A DNA stretch of 64,000 bases from Burkholderiales bacterium (GTDB lineage: Bacteria > Pseudomonadota > Gammaproteobacteria > Burkholderiales > SG8-39): NCBI GenBank assembly GCA_046160305.1, contig JBJXGX010000305.1, positions 17,322 through 81,321 of the forward strand. Direction: 5' to 3'. Below, piece by piece: positions 28,977 through 38,602 of the stretch. Position 1 is the first letter of the stretch, and every line of letters starts with the position of its first letter. Under the pieces are notes generated by a model, which was given only the letters and a program-made list of their open reading frames with translations, had not been told where the DNA came from and ran no database searches. The position numbers and the translations under genes were made by a program.

Positions 28977-29957
28977 GTGCGGCTCAATCACCTGGCACGA
29001 ATCGTATTGGCAATCGGCGCATCGGCAACCATGTGCGTGCACCCGGCGAATGCGCAGCAGATCTATCCGGCGAAGCCGGTGACCTTGATCGTTTCGACTT
29101 CGACCGGGACCACACCCGATTTGCTCGCTCGATCGATGGCCCCACGTCTTGCCCAGCGAATCGGCCAATCGGTGATCGTTGACAACAAGGTGGGAGCGAG
29201 CGGGAACATCGGCGCGATGGCGGTGGTGAAGGCACCGCCGGATGGGCATACGGTATTGATCACGACCAACAATCTCTCGTCGATTCAATATTTCGTGAAA
29301 GAGATGCCCTTCGATCCGGTGGTTGACTTGGAACCCGTGATGAAGCTTGCGATCGCGATGTACTCGCTCGTGATCAATCCCAATGTGCCGGCGCAGACCG
29401 TCCAGGAATTCATCGCGCTCGCCAAAGCAAAGCCGGGCGCGATGAACTACTCGACCCCCGGGGTGGGCTCGCCGCATCACCTGTCCATGGAACTCTTCAA
29501 GCAGCGGACCGATATCGCGATTACACATGTGCCGTACAAGGGCTCCGCGACCTCGCTCACCGACGTGCTCGGCGGACAAATCGAGGCGACATTCACACCT
29601 ATGAATACGGTCATCCCGTTGGTGCGCGCCGGCAAGTTGCGCATGCTTGCGACCGCTACGGACAAGCGAACGTCGTGGCTGCCCGACGTACCGACCTTGG
29701 CGGAGCAGGGGATCGACGGCGTCGACCCTGGGGCGTGGGGCGCGATGTTCCTCCCGAGGGGAACGCCCGCGCCGATCGTAAAGCGATTGCTGGATGACAC
29801 GACGGCGGTGCTAAGCGAACCGGCGTTGCGCGATTCGCTATTGGAGCGGGGCGTGGTCCTGTCGCTCAGTACGCCTGAGGGACTCACGAAGCTTTTGAAG
29901 GACGATCTGGCGCGCTGGAAGATCGTGGTGGAACGGGGGCGGCTGAACGTGCAGTGA
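28977..29957 (+). CDS. Bug/TctC substrate-binding protein
   Basis: YPAKPV, DNKVGASG, PDGHT, HVPYKGS, PDVPT; GGAG RBS before GTG. Confidence 0.9.
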   Translation: MRLNHLARIVLAIGASATMCVHPANAQQIYPAKPVTLIVSTSTGTTPDLLARSMAPRLAQRIGQSVIVDNKVGASGNIGAMAVVKAPPDGHTVLITTNNLSSIQYFVKEMPFDPVVDLEPVMKLAIAMYSLVINPNVPAQTVQEFIALAKAKPGAMNYSTPGVGSPHHLSMELFKQRTDIAITHVPYKGSATSLTDVLGGQIEATFTPMNTVIPLVRAGKLRMLATATDKRTSWLPDVPTLAEQGIDGVDPGAWGAMFLPRGTPAPIVKRLLDDTTAVLSEPALRDSLLERGVVLSLSTPEGLTKLLKDDLARWKIVVERGRLNVQ

Positions 29958-30030
29958 AGCCCAAGGGCAAGTAGCGCGTGCGGAGTCGTCCCGCGTTTGA
30001 GGTTTCGTTACAACACCGCGGGCATCGCCC

Positions 30031-31338
30031 TCATCGAGCTTTGCCCGGCACCAGGCGGACAGTGCGCGGCGCCGCGAACCCGATGGCAATCGCCGACATG
30101 ACACAGCAGCCGAATGCCAGAACGAAGGCGATTTGGTAACTGCCCGTAACATCGTGAATGATTCCGGCGGCCAATGGCCCGGCCGCGCCGCCGCCGATCA
30201 ATCCGATCGTCAAGGTACCGAAGATCGTGCCGTAATGTGGGCCATCAAAAATTTCTGCGACGATCGGCCCCATCACGGAAGTCACGCTGTAACCGAGCAG
30301 GCCCTGCGCGATCACCATGCCGTACAACAGAATCCGTGTGGGGTGATGCTCAAGGCCGATGAGGGCCGCGTAACAGAGGGCAAAGCCTGCGCACCCGGCG
30401 GTCCACACCCACTCGCGGCCGATCCGATCCGACAGCGCCCCGAGTGCGATCTGACCCGGAATCGCGACGATGCTAACCAGTCCCAATGCCCAAGCGGCTT
30501 CCAACGGGTCAAAGCCGATCTCGATGAGATACTTCGTCTGGTGCACTTGCACGGCGTACCAGGCAAAGGTGCAGCAGAAAAAGCCGATCATGATCCACCA
30601 AAAGCGCGCGGTCCGAATGGCGCGTCCGAGCGTCCATTCGGTAGCGGCCCATTCGTGATCGACGACGTTCGAAGGCGGCTTCCTGGCATGTCCGCCGGCC
30701 GGTTGCGGGTCGCCGTCAGGGCGTAATCCTAGATTTTCGGGTCGGAGCCAAACGAACAGGTTGATCGGCACGAGTACCACGAGCGCCAGCATCCCCAAGG
30801 TCAAACAGGCAGCTCGCCAGCCCTCCTGTTGAATGATGGTCTGTACCCACGGCAGCAGGACGATACCGCCGACACCGACCCCGGCAAACGCAATGCCGAT
30901 GGCAAGACCTCGCCGACGGACAAACCAGTTGGGCAGAAATAGCGATTGCGCGGTGTAGCTCATGCAATTGGCGCCACCGCCGACCAGTACTCCAAGGGTC
31001 AGGTAGAGATGCCATGGCTGGGAGATCACCATCGCGGCGAGGAGGCCCGAACCCAGTAGCAGCGCGCCCAACTCGATGACGACCCTGGGACCGTGCCGGT
31101 CGATGAGGCGGCCGACAACCGGACTCAGAACAGCCGAAACGAGAAAGCCAAATGAAAACGCCCCGGCTACCATGCCGCGATCCCAACTGAACTCCTCGAC
31201 AAGGGGCGGCAGGAGCAACGAGAATGCGGTGCGCGACGTGACGCTGATGGCCATCGTGACGAATGCAATGCCGACAATCACCCAGCCGTAGAAGAACGGC
31301 AGACGGCGCAGTCGGAGGGCAAGCGGCTCTACAAGCAT
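30031..31338 (-). CDS. MFS transporter
   Basis: FFYGWVIV, GRLIDRHGPR, WFVRRRGLA, GALSDRIGR; about 12 TM segments. Confidence 0.9.
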   Translation of the reverse strand: MLVEPLALRLRRLPFFYGWVIVGIAFVTMAISVTSRTAFSLLLPPLVEEFSWDRGMVAGAFSFGFLVSAVLSPVVGRLIDRHGPRVVIELGALLLGSGLLAAMVISQPWHLYLTLGVLVGGGANCMSYTAQSLFLPNWFVRRRGLAIGIAFAGVGVGGIVLLPWVQTIIQQEGWRAACLTLGMLALVVLVPINLFVWLRPENLGLRPDGDPQPAGGHARKPPSNVVDHEWAATEWTLGRAIRTARFWWIMIGFFCCTFAWYAVQVHQTKYLIEIGFDPLEAAWALGLVSIVAIPGQIALGALSDRIGREWVWTAGCAGFALCYAALIGLEHHPTRILLYGMVIAQGLLGYSVTSVMGPIVAEIFDGPHYGTIFGTLTIGLIGGGAAGPLAAGIIHDVTGSYQIAFVLAFGCCVMSAIAIGFAAPRTVRLVPGKAR

Positions 31339-31469
31339 GGATTCGCGTTTGCGTCGGGGCTGACTAAGTCGCACTCAAAAAAGAAAGCTGAAGACGGGTG
31401 CCGTCGTCAAGAAAACAATCGACGAAGGCGTTCAAGGATCGATTCGAGCCCTATCGATCGAGTGATTGA

Positions 31470-32861
31470 TTACGGTCTGACCGCAGGCGGTGGCAGGATC
31501 TTGCGCTCCGCGGCGAGCGCCCAGATCTTTTGCGCGGCAAGTGCGGCCTTGCGCATGATGGTGCCTTCATCCACCTTAAGCAGCTTTCCGTCGCGCACGA
31601 CCGGCTCGCCGTGAATCATGGTGAACACGATGTCCCCGGCGTGGCCTTTCCAGATCAGGTTCTTGACGGGGTCCCATACCGGTTGTAGATGCGGCTTGAA
31701 GAGGTCGAACACCAGGAGGTCTGCTTTCGCGCCCGCCTGCAACCGGCCCAGGTCCGGCCGGCCTAATGCCTTCGCACCCGCCAACGTACCAGCGCGCATC
31801 AACTGGTGCGCCGTGCCCACATGCGCCTTGCCGAAGAACTGCTTGGATAGAAGGCCAGTGACGCGCAACTCGCCGATCATGTCCATGCCATGCGAATCGG
31901 TGCCGATGCCTGTGCTCACGCCCGCGTTGGCAAAACGCGCGAACGGGAAGTTGCTGCCCTCGCGTGCGAAGCCGAACGCGCAGTTCGCGACGTGCGTGCC
32001 GGTGGCGGCGAGTTCCGCAAGTTCTTCATCGGTGGTGCAGCCGGCATGCGCCAGCACGACGCGATCACCCAAGAGGCCGGTGTCCCGCGCATACTCGGTC
32101 GCCCCCATGCCGTAACGCTTGCGAAGCAATGCGAGCTCCTGCGGCGTCTGCGCAAAGTGCGTCGTGAGAATACAGTCGAGATCGTCGGCCGCCTTGCGAC
32201 TTTCGCGCAGCAGTTCGGGCAGGCAGGTATCGGTGGCATGCGGGCCGATCGCCACCTGGGCGAGGCCGTTGCGTCCCGCATCGCGCACTTTGTGGAGCGC
32301 GATCGATTTCGCGAGCTGGGCCAGGCCATCATTGTCGAAGTCCCAGATCGGATGCCCGTCTGGCCCGAGACGCGAATTCGAAGAAGACATGATGAACGGC
32401 GCGCCGACGGTGCGAAGGCCAATCTCACGGGCGACATCGAAGAACATCTCCTGCCCGTGGTGCCACATGTCGAGCACGGTGGTGGAGCCGCCTTTGAGCA
32501 GATCGATCATGCCAAGTGCGGTGACCGCGTGCAGTTCCTCGCGCGTGAGTTGCTGCGCGGCAATCGCCGTGAGCGGCAAGAGCACGTTGTAGACGAGCTT
32601 GGGAATCCAGGGGTCCATCTCGAGATCGTCCGGGATGCCGCGGAACAGGCCGCCCCGGATGCAATGCGCATGCAGATTCACAAAACCGGGCATCACGAAG
32701 CCGTGCTCGTAGCGGACCACCGGCGTGCCCGCGGCCGGCGCATCGCGCGTGACCGCCTCGATCGTCGTGTCGTCCACATAGACGTAGTGATCCTCGAGGA
32801 GGACCTGCTCGCCGTCCCGCATGCCAAGCACGTATTTGCCGGCGATGACGCATGTGGTCAT
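31470..32861 (-). CDS. Amidohydrolase (SsnA/AtzA/TrzN-like deaminase or chlorohydrolase family)
   Basis: PGFVNLHAH, GPHATDT, LAHA, GIGTD, GAKADL. Confidence 0.85.
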   Translation of the reverse strand: MTTCVIAGKYVLGMRDGEQVLLEDHYVYVDDTTIEAVTRDAPAAGTPVVRYEHGFVMPGFVNLHAHCIRGGLFRGIPDDLEMDPWIPKLVYNVLLPLTAIAAQQLTREELHAVTALGMIDLLKGGSTTVLDMWHHGQEMFFDVAREIGLRTVGAPFIMSSSNSRLGPDGHPIWDFDNDGLAQLAKSIALHKVRDAGRNGLAQVAIGPHATDTCLPELLRESRKAADDLDCILTTHFAQTPQELALLRKRYGMGATEYARDTGLLGDRVVLAHAGCTTDEELAELAATGTHVANCAFGFAREGSNFPFARFANAGVSTGIGTDSHGMDMIGELRVTGLLSKQFFGKAHVGTAHQLMRAGTLAGAKALGRPDLGRLQAGAKADLLVFDLFKPHLQPVWDPVKNLIWKGHAGDIVFTMIHGEPVVRDGKLLKVDEGTIMRKAALAAQKIWALAAERKILPPPAVRP

Positions 32862-32868
32862 GGCCGCG

Positions 32869-33816
32869 CTATTCCGGAATGATGCCCGCTTCGTTGGTGA
32901 GCCGCCGCCAGACCGCGGTCTGGTCGCGCGCCAACGTGCCCATCCCTGCGGCCAAGAGCGGATTGATCTCCATCCCCTGGCGCTCGATTTGCTCGCGCAC
33001 TTCGGGCTTTTGCAAGGTTGCGAGCAACTCGCGCGAGAGCCGCTCGACGATCTCAGCCGGCATTTTCGCCGGCCCGAACAGGCCCATCCATGGGATCGCC
33101 GCGAACGGCGTAATGCCCGACTCGGCCATCGTCGGCAGGTCGGGCAATGCCTTGCTGCGGCTGGTGAGCATCGTCGCGAGCCCGCGGATGCGTCCGTCGC
33201 GAACGTGCTGCGCTAACGTCCCGGTGACCAGCACCAACTGGATACGCCCGCCGATCAGGTCGTTTAGCGCCGTCGTCTCACTCTTGTAGGGAATCACCTG
33301 GATCTTGAAATTCTCCGCGGCAGCGAAGAGCGTCGGTGCGATGCTTGCGGTGGCACTCGAGCTGCCCGCGTTCAGTTTGCCGGGATTGTCGCGCCCGTAG
33401 GCGGCCAGCTCCTTCAAGGTGCGCACCGGCAGGTCCGGATGCACCGTCCAGAAGAAACTGTTGACGCCGATGCCGCCGATCGGCGTCATGTCGGCGATCG
33501 GATCGAAGGGCACCTGCTTGCGCAGTGACGGCAGCGCGGAGATTTGCGTCGAGGTACCGAAGAACACCGTGTAGCCGTCGGGCGCGGCCTTGACCAATTG
33601 CTCGCCGGCAACGATGCCGTCAGCACCGGGCCGGTTGTCGATGACCACCGGCTGGCCGAGCGACTGCGACATCGACACCGCGACGATGCGCGCGATCACG
33701 TCGGTCGCGCCGCCCGTGCCGAACGCGACGATCGCGCGCACCGGCTTGGAAGGGAACTGCGCCTGCACCGGAAGCGAGCAGGCAAGAAGCAAGGCGAGGA
33801 AAAGAGTTCTTTTCAT
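32869..33816 (-). CDS. Bug/TctC substrate-binding protein
   Basis: FPSKPVR, GGATD, DNRPGA, PDGYT, PDLPT. Confidence 0.92.
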   Translation of the reverse strand: MKRTLFLALLLACSLPVQAQFPSKPVRAIVAFGTGGATDVIARIVAVSMSQSLGQPVVIDNRPGADGIVAGEQLVKAAPDGYTVFFGTSTQISALPSLRKQVPFDPIADMTPIGGIGVNSFFWTVHPDLPVRTLKELAAYGRDNPGKLNAGSSSATASIAPTLFAAAENFKIQVIPYKSETTALNDLIGGRIQLVLVTGTLAQHVRDGRIRGLATMLTSRSKALPDLPTMAESGITPFAAIPWMGLFGPAKMPAEIVERLSRELLATLQKPEVREQIERQGMEINPLLAAGMGTLARDQTAVWRRLTNEAGIIPE

Positions 33817-33940
33817 GGAAATCCGGGTTGGCGTGATATTCGCGGTGATGAAGCGGATAGGTCGACGCTTGGGCTCGCGCGGGGTCGTGAATGCTTTGAT
33901 GGCATCAAGGGGCGAAACGGTGTACGACTCGCGCTGATGC

Positions 33941-34801
33941 CTACCTCTGCGCGAGCTGCAAGGCAGCGCGCATTAAATGACTATCGGGTCGCCTGAGTTC
34001 ATCGATGATCGTGAAGTGATTGGTATTGGTGATCGGGATCAGATCGCCCGCAAGATGCGCCGCTGCCCGGGCGGCGTGGAAATCGCGGCTGCTCGCGACC
34101 ATTCCTGGCAACTCGCCGGTGCCATACGCAATCGATAGCGGCTTTGCGACGCCCGGCAAGCGCATCGGCGAAAGCGTTTCGATTTCCGTTTCGCCGAGCT
34201 TCACCTTGTCGTTGACATGCGGGGAGTCGCGCAGCGGAGCGAGATCATAGACGCCGGAAATCGCCATCCCCGCTGTCACGATTGGATGATCCAACAGATA
34301 CGCCGTCAAATGTCCGCCTGCTGACCAACCCGAGAGGATCACTGGGCCCGCGATACCGCGGCGGGCGGCATTTGCAGCGAACCAATCGAGCGCAGCGCGA
34401 AGTTCTTGCGTGATCTGCGTGAGGCTTGCCTCGGGTGCCAGGGTATAGCCAGGTAGCGCCGCCGACCAGCCATTGGCAAGCGCACCTTCGGCGACGCAGG
34501 CGAACATCTCCTTGCTGCCGCGTTGCCAATAGCCGCCGTGAATGAAGACGAAGCAGGGCGCGTTGGGATCGGCACTGGGATACAGATCCCATTTCGTGCG
34601 ATCCCGAGGCCCATAAGGCAGGTCGAGGTGTTGTGGGCGTTGCGTGCGCAGGGCGGTCGACGCGGCAGTCCAACCCTCGTTTTTTTGCTGGACGAATGCA
34701 GCGCCCGCATGCGCCACATTGTTGAAGGCGAGATTGCGCGCCTCAAGGGACATCGTCATCCAGTTAGTCGCTATGGGCGCGTGGTGGTTAGGATCGAGCA
34801 C
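33941..34801 (-). CDS. Alpha/beta hydrolase (arylformamidase/esterase-like)
   Basis: FIHGGYW, GWSAGGH nucleophile elbow, ISGVYDL, NHF. Confidence 0.85.
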   Translation of the reverse strand: MLDPNHHAPIATNWMTMSLEARNLAFNNVAHAGAAFVQQKNEGWTAASTALRTQRPQHLDLPYGPRDRTKWDLYPSADPNAPCFVFIHGGYWQRGSKEMFACVAEGALANGWSAALPGYTLAPEASLTQITQELRAALDWFAANAARRGIAGPVILSGWSAGGHLTAYLLDHPIVTAGMAISGVYDLAPLRDSPHVNDKVKLGETEIETLSPMRLPGVAKPLSIAYGTGELPGMVASSRDFHAARAAAHLAGDLIPITNTNHFTIIDELRRPDSHLMRAALQLAQR

Positions 34802-34999
34802 AAGAGGGCTCCTTGAATTGGGGTTGGGAACTTGCGTCGGGCAAAAATACTTTGAATTTATGTCGCGTCTGACCCCGGCTGGCTAAGCGACTGCGATATT
34901 TGCGGTGATGAAGCGAATGGGATGTCGTTTTCGTTTAAGCCGAGACATGAATGGATTGATGGCATCAAGGATGCCCGCCATGCGCTCGATTTCGAACAC

Positions 35000-35416
35000 T
35001 TACCCCGGCACCACCACCCGCGGCGACAGTCCCATCCGTCGAGAACGTCGGGCGAATTGTTTGTCGTCGAACGACGCCACGCTTTCGCATCCCCTATAGC
35101 TTGCATGATGCAAGGCGTCGGCCAGCCCCAGCCCAGCCTCGCAATTCGCAAGTGCCTGGACGACGCTCGCTCGATCTTCGACCGTGACTTGCGGCAACGC
35201 CAGCAAATGATTCAGCACCGCCGCGATTTGCGCGGTTGAGAATTTGTAGTATCCGCGCATTACCCATTCCAGCTCAAGCAGCACGGTCTTGCAGACCATC
35301 AGCGATTTGCCCGATTCGATCAGGCGGCGCGCGGCCTCGCGCTGCTTTTTCGCCTCGGCGTCGCCGTCATCCTCAACGTAATAGCGTACAAGGACGTTGG
35401 TATCGAGCCCGATCAC
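35000..35416 (-). CDS. vapC: VapC PIN-domain toxin
   Basis: GLDTNVLVR, LLELEWV, ADALH, SFD; overlaps the antitoxin stop. Confidence 0.88.
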   Translation of the reverse strand: MIGLDTNVLVRYYVEDDGDAEAKKQREAARRLIESGKSLMVCKTVLLELEWVMRGYYKFSTAQIAAVLNHLLALPQVTVEDRASVVQALANCEAGLGLADALHHASYRGCESVASFDDKQFARRSRRMGLSPRVVVPG

Positions 35417-35679
35417 TTGCTTGGTCTCGACTTACCCGTCGATTTTCCCTTGCGCAGCAAATCCGACGGATCGAAATCGGCTGGCACGGCGGCCCGTCTG
35501 CTTTTGAGTATGCCGAAACCGCTCGCGGAAACCTTCGCCGGCGTGCTGAATATGCGCATTTCCAAATGGTCACCCACCAGGACAAACTCGACCTTGCTGC
35601 CCTGACGTAAGCCCAACTGCTGCCGCAGCGGTTTCGGAATCGTGACTTGTCCTTTGCTCGTAACAGATGTGCTGTCCAT
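35413..35679 (-). CDS. vapB: AbrB/MazE-type antitoxin
   Basis: VTSKGQVTIPKPLRQQLGL; directly upstream of the PIN toxin. Confidence 0.85.
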   Translation of the reverse strand: MDSTSVTSKGQVTIPKPLRQQLGLRQGSKVEFVLVGDHLEMRIFSTPAKVSASGFGILKSRRAAVPADFDPSDLLRKGKSTGKSRPSK

Positions 35680-35760
35680 GATCGGCACCTATTCAATAAA
35701 TGGTAATACTTGGTAAGGCTATCATGACTCATAGGGCGACAACTCGCGGACCTAAGGCCA

Positions 35761-35907
35761 ATTGAACGGGAAATCCACGCCATCGGCGAGGCGGCGCAAT
35801 TCGGACAGTCTCAGCTCGCCAAGCTGACGGGCGTCAACGCGCGTACGCTGCAAAACTGGGAGCAGCATCGAACGCGGCCAACCGGTCCGGCGTGCGCTTC
35901 AGGATGA
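35761..35907 (+). pseudogene. XRE/HigA(NadS)-like HTH remnant
   Basis: Manual translation QSQLAKLTGVNARTLQNWEQHRTRPTGPACASG*; no start codon and an early stop. Confidence 0.65.
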
Positions 35908-36152
35908 TCTGGTAGCGACCATCGAGTGTCATCGGCATGGCCACCCGCTTCAAGCCGATCTTTTTATAGTGCCGGTCGATCGCTTCGAACACGCAGGTGG
36001 CTTTGCGTTCGGCGGGCCATGGGCCATGGGCGCTTGAGCGTTGGCTGGGCTCGGGTTCGGCAGCGCCAGTATCCACGGCCTCCCGTCTCACTACAATGTG
36101 GGCGGGAGCGTGTTCGTCAGGATCGAATTGGAGCCACTGTTGATAGTCGGCA

Positions 36153-37100
36153 ATGAATGAATCGCGCGTATCCGCGAGTTCGAACGCGAATCCGAGTGTC
36201 GACGCCGCTTCGACCTATCAAGGGATTGCGTTCCTGATCATCGCGGTCCTCGGCTGGGGTCTCGTGTGGCCGATCAATAAGGTGGTCTTGGAGAGCATGT
36301 CGCCCTATTGGTTTGCGGCGATCCGCTCGGCAATGGGCGCAGCGGCGCTAATGGTCATCTCGATTCCCGGAGGGCGGCTTGTGGTGCCGCCGCGATCGGA
36401 CATGCCTATCCTGTTGAGCATCACGCTGCTGCATATGGTCGGTTTCGCGCTCCTTGCATCGATCGGGTTGCAGTTGGTTCCGGTGGGTCGTTCTGTCGTG
36501 CTCGCCTATACGACACCTTTGTGGGTCATGCCGGCGGCGGCATTGTTTCTGGGTGAGCGGCTCACGCTGCGCCGCACGATCGGTGTCGCGCTTGGGTTGT
36601 TCGGACTGGTGGTGCTGTTCAATCCCTTTGCGTTCGACTGGAGCGAGCGCGCCTCGGTGATCGGGCATGCCGCACTGTTGCTCGCTGCATTGTGCTGGGC
36701 GGCGAGTATCGTGCACATTCGCGGTCACACATGGCGCTCGACGCCGTTTCAGCTCGTACCGTGGGAGGCGCTGCTGGCGACGGTGATCCTGTTTTGCATC
36801 GCGCCGCTTGCGGAGCCGTGGGTTGCGGTCGACTGGGATGCGAAGCTGATCGGTCTCGTGTTCGCGAGCAGCATCGTTGGCGTGGCAATCCCGTACTGGG
36901 CGATCGCGATGGCGGGTCGAAGGTTGTCAGCGATCACGGTATCGCAGGGACTGCTCGGGGCGCCGATCATTGGTATCGCCGTCGCTACGGTCGCGCTGGG
37001 CGAAGCGCCGGACCTGTCCGTGTGGATCGCGCTCGTCTTGGTCGTCGGCGGAGTCGCGTTTGGCACGACAGGCAGCCGGCCACGCCGAGTCCGTGATTAA
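36153..37100 (+). CDS. DMT/EamA family transporter
   Basis: WGLVWP, YTTPLW, FLGERL; about 10 TM segments. Confidence 0.88.
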   Translation: MNESRVSASSNANPSVDAASTYQGIAFLIIAVLGWGLVWPINKVVLESMSPYWFAAIRSAMGAAALMVISIPGGRLVVPPRSDMPILLSITLLHMVGFALLASIGLQLVPVGRSVVLAYTTPLWVMPAAALFLGERLTLRRTIGVALGLFGLVVLFNPFAFDWSERASVIGHAALLLAALCWAASIVHIRGHTWRSTPFQLVPWEALLATVILFCIAPLAEPWVAVDWDAKLIGLVFASSIVGVAIPYWAIAMAGRRLSAITVSQGLLGAPIIGIAVATVALGEAPDLSVWIALVLVVGGVAFGTTGSRPRRVRD

Positions 37101-37278
37101 AGAGGGCAGTGCCGCGGCGTTGTCGATGGACCACTCGGAAGCCGTGAAGAACAAGGCAGAACAAGTTGAGGCGATGCGCCAATCCCGCAATGCTGGACGC
37201 AGCACCGAGACGGGCGGCGCTGGATTTCATCAAGAATCACCATCCGGTCTGCCAGCGATTCCGGATCGCGAATTTTTC

Positions 37279-37318
37279 ATCCTTGTATATTAAAAGTGGA
37301 CTTTTAATATGCAAGGAT
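37279..37318. repeat. AT-rich palindrome, 19-bp arms, 2-nt spacer, one mismatch
   Basis: ATCCTTGTATATTAAAAGT-GG-ACTTTTAATATGCAAGGAT. Confidence 0.85.
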
Positions 37319-37319
37319 A

Positions 37320-37411
37320 AGATCAAGGAAACAGCGGGCAGCCTGTTTCTCGTTGAGCAGAACGCCAAGCAGGAATTGGCGATCGCCGATCGTGCCGTAT
37401 CCTCTGCATGA
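37320..37411 (+). pseudogene. LivF-type ABC ATPase C-terminal remnant
   Basis: IKETAGSLFLVEQNAKQELAIADRA resembles the LivF LLVEQN...AL.IADR motif. Confidence 0.6.
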
Positions 37412-37473
37412 TGACCTCGCAACCGGCGTGCGTGCGACCGCCGTCGTTCAGGGAATGGCGGAGGTCGATGCGT

Positions 37474-38457
37474 TCAATCCGACTTCAGCCCTAGCGATTT
37501 AATCACCGGCGACCAACTGGTCACTTCATCTTCCACAAAGCGCTGTGCCTTGTCGGGAGTGCTGTCCGCGTAGACCTCCAGACCCGCCTTGGTCCACAGT
37601 TCGAGCATGGTGCTGTCGGCCATCGTCGTGTTGACCGCGGCTACGATTTTTTCGATGACGGGTTGCGGCGTGCGGGCCGGAACGAACAGACCGAAGAAAT
37701 TGATGGCGATCATGCCTTGCACGGTTTCGCGCGCGGTCGGAATGTCGGGCGCGATCGCCGAGCGGTTTGCCGTCGTGACGGCCAGAATGCGGACTTTCCC
37801 GGTCCGATGAAGATCAAAGACGTGGCCGCTGATGTTTGGCACGGCGACCGGAATATGACCGCCAAGTAAATCAGTCAGCGCGGCCGGACCGCCACGGTAC
37901 GACACGTGAGAAAGACCGGGTGCGTTGATCAGCGATCGGAATAATTCGCCCGCGAGGTGTCCGGTCGACCCGGTACCGGCCGAACCGTAGGAAAGCTGTC
38001 GCGCGGGAGCGCTCGCATAGGCCACAAACTCTTTCAGCGTATTCACCGGCAGCGATGGATGAACGCTGATGGCGTTGCCGCCGGTTGCCAGCATTGCGAT
38101 GCACCGGAAGTCCTTGAGCGGATGGTACGGCGGTGTGGACACCGTGAGCGGCCCGATCACATGCGTTGCGGCGCTTCCCAGCAGCATCGTGTAGCCATCG
38201 GGCGCGGCGCGTGCCACGGCGTTGGCACCGATGACACCGCCCGCGCCGCTCAGGTTTTCGATCACCATCGAGCCGAGCGCCGACTTCATGCGATCGGCAA
38301 ACGGGCGTGCCACCGTATCGTTAATACCGCCAGGCGGAAACGGCACGATCAAGCGAATCGGTTTGGTCGGATAACTCTGTGCCGCACTGGAGCCGGCGGC
38401 AACAATACCGATCACCACGACGAACAACGCAGCGCCTGCTCGGGCTGTCATTCCCAT
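37474..38457 (-). CDS. Bug/TctC substrate-binding protein
   Basis: YPTKPIRLIVPFPPGGIND, PDGYT, YGSAGTGS. Confidence 0.92.
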   Translation of the reverse strand: MGMTARAGAALFVVVIGIVAAGSSAAQSYPTKPIRLIVPFPPGGINDTVARPFADRMKSALGSMVIENLSGAGGVIGANAVARAAPDGYTMLLGSAATHVIGPLTVSTPPYHPLKDFRCIAMLATGGNAISVHPSLPVNTLKEFVAYASAPARQLSYGSAGTGSTGHLAGELFRSLINAPGLSHVSYRGGPAALTDLLGGHIPVAVPNISGHVFDLHRTGKVRILAVTTANRSAIAPDIPTARETVQGMIAINFFGLFVPARTPQPVIEKIVAAVNTTMADSTMLELWTKAGLEVYADSTPDKAQRFVEDEVTSWSPVIKSLGLKSD

Positions 38458-38602
38458 TGTTATTTCTTTCCGAAGAGGCATAGGCGAACCGCGGAACCAT
38501 GGCCGGTCGCGGATACGTCTAGTTGTTGCGAGTCGTTGCGAGTTGTTGCGGTATGCTAATCGCAATTCGCGCCGGGCAAGTGGCGCACCACTCCGGAAGG
38601 AT

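Noticed and set aside
35834-36091. 85-aa minus-strand ORF near vapBC
   Set aside because: No recognisable motif, and it overlaps the HTH remnant on the other strand.
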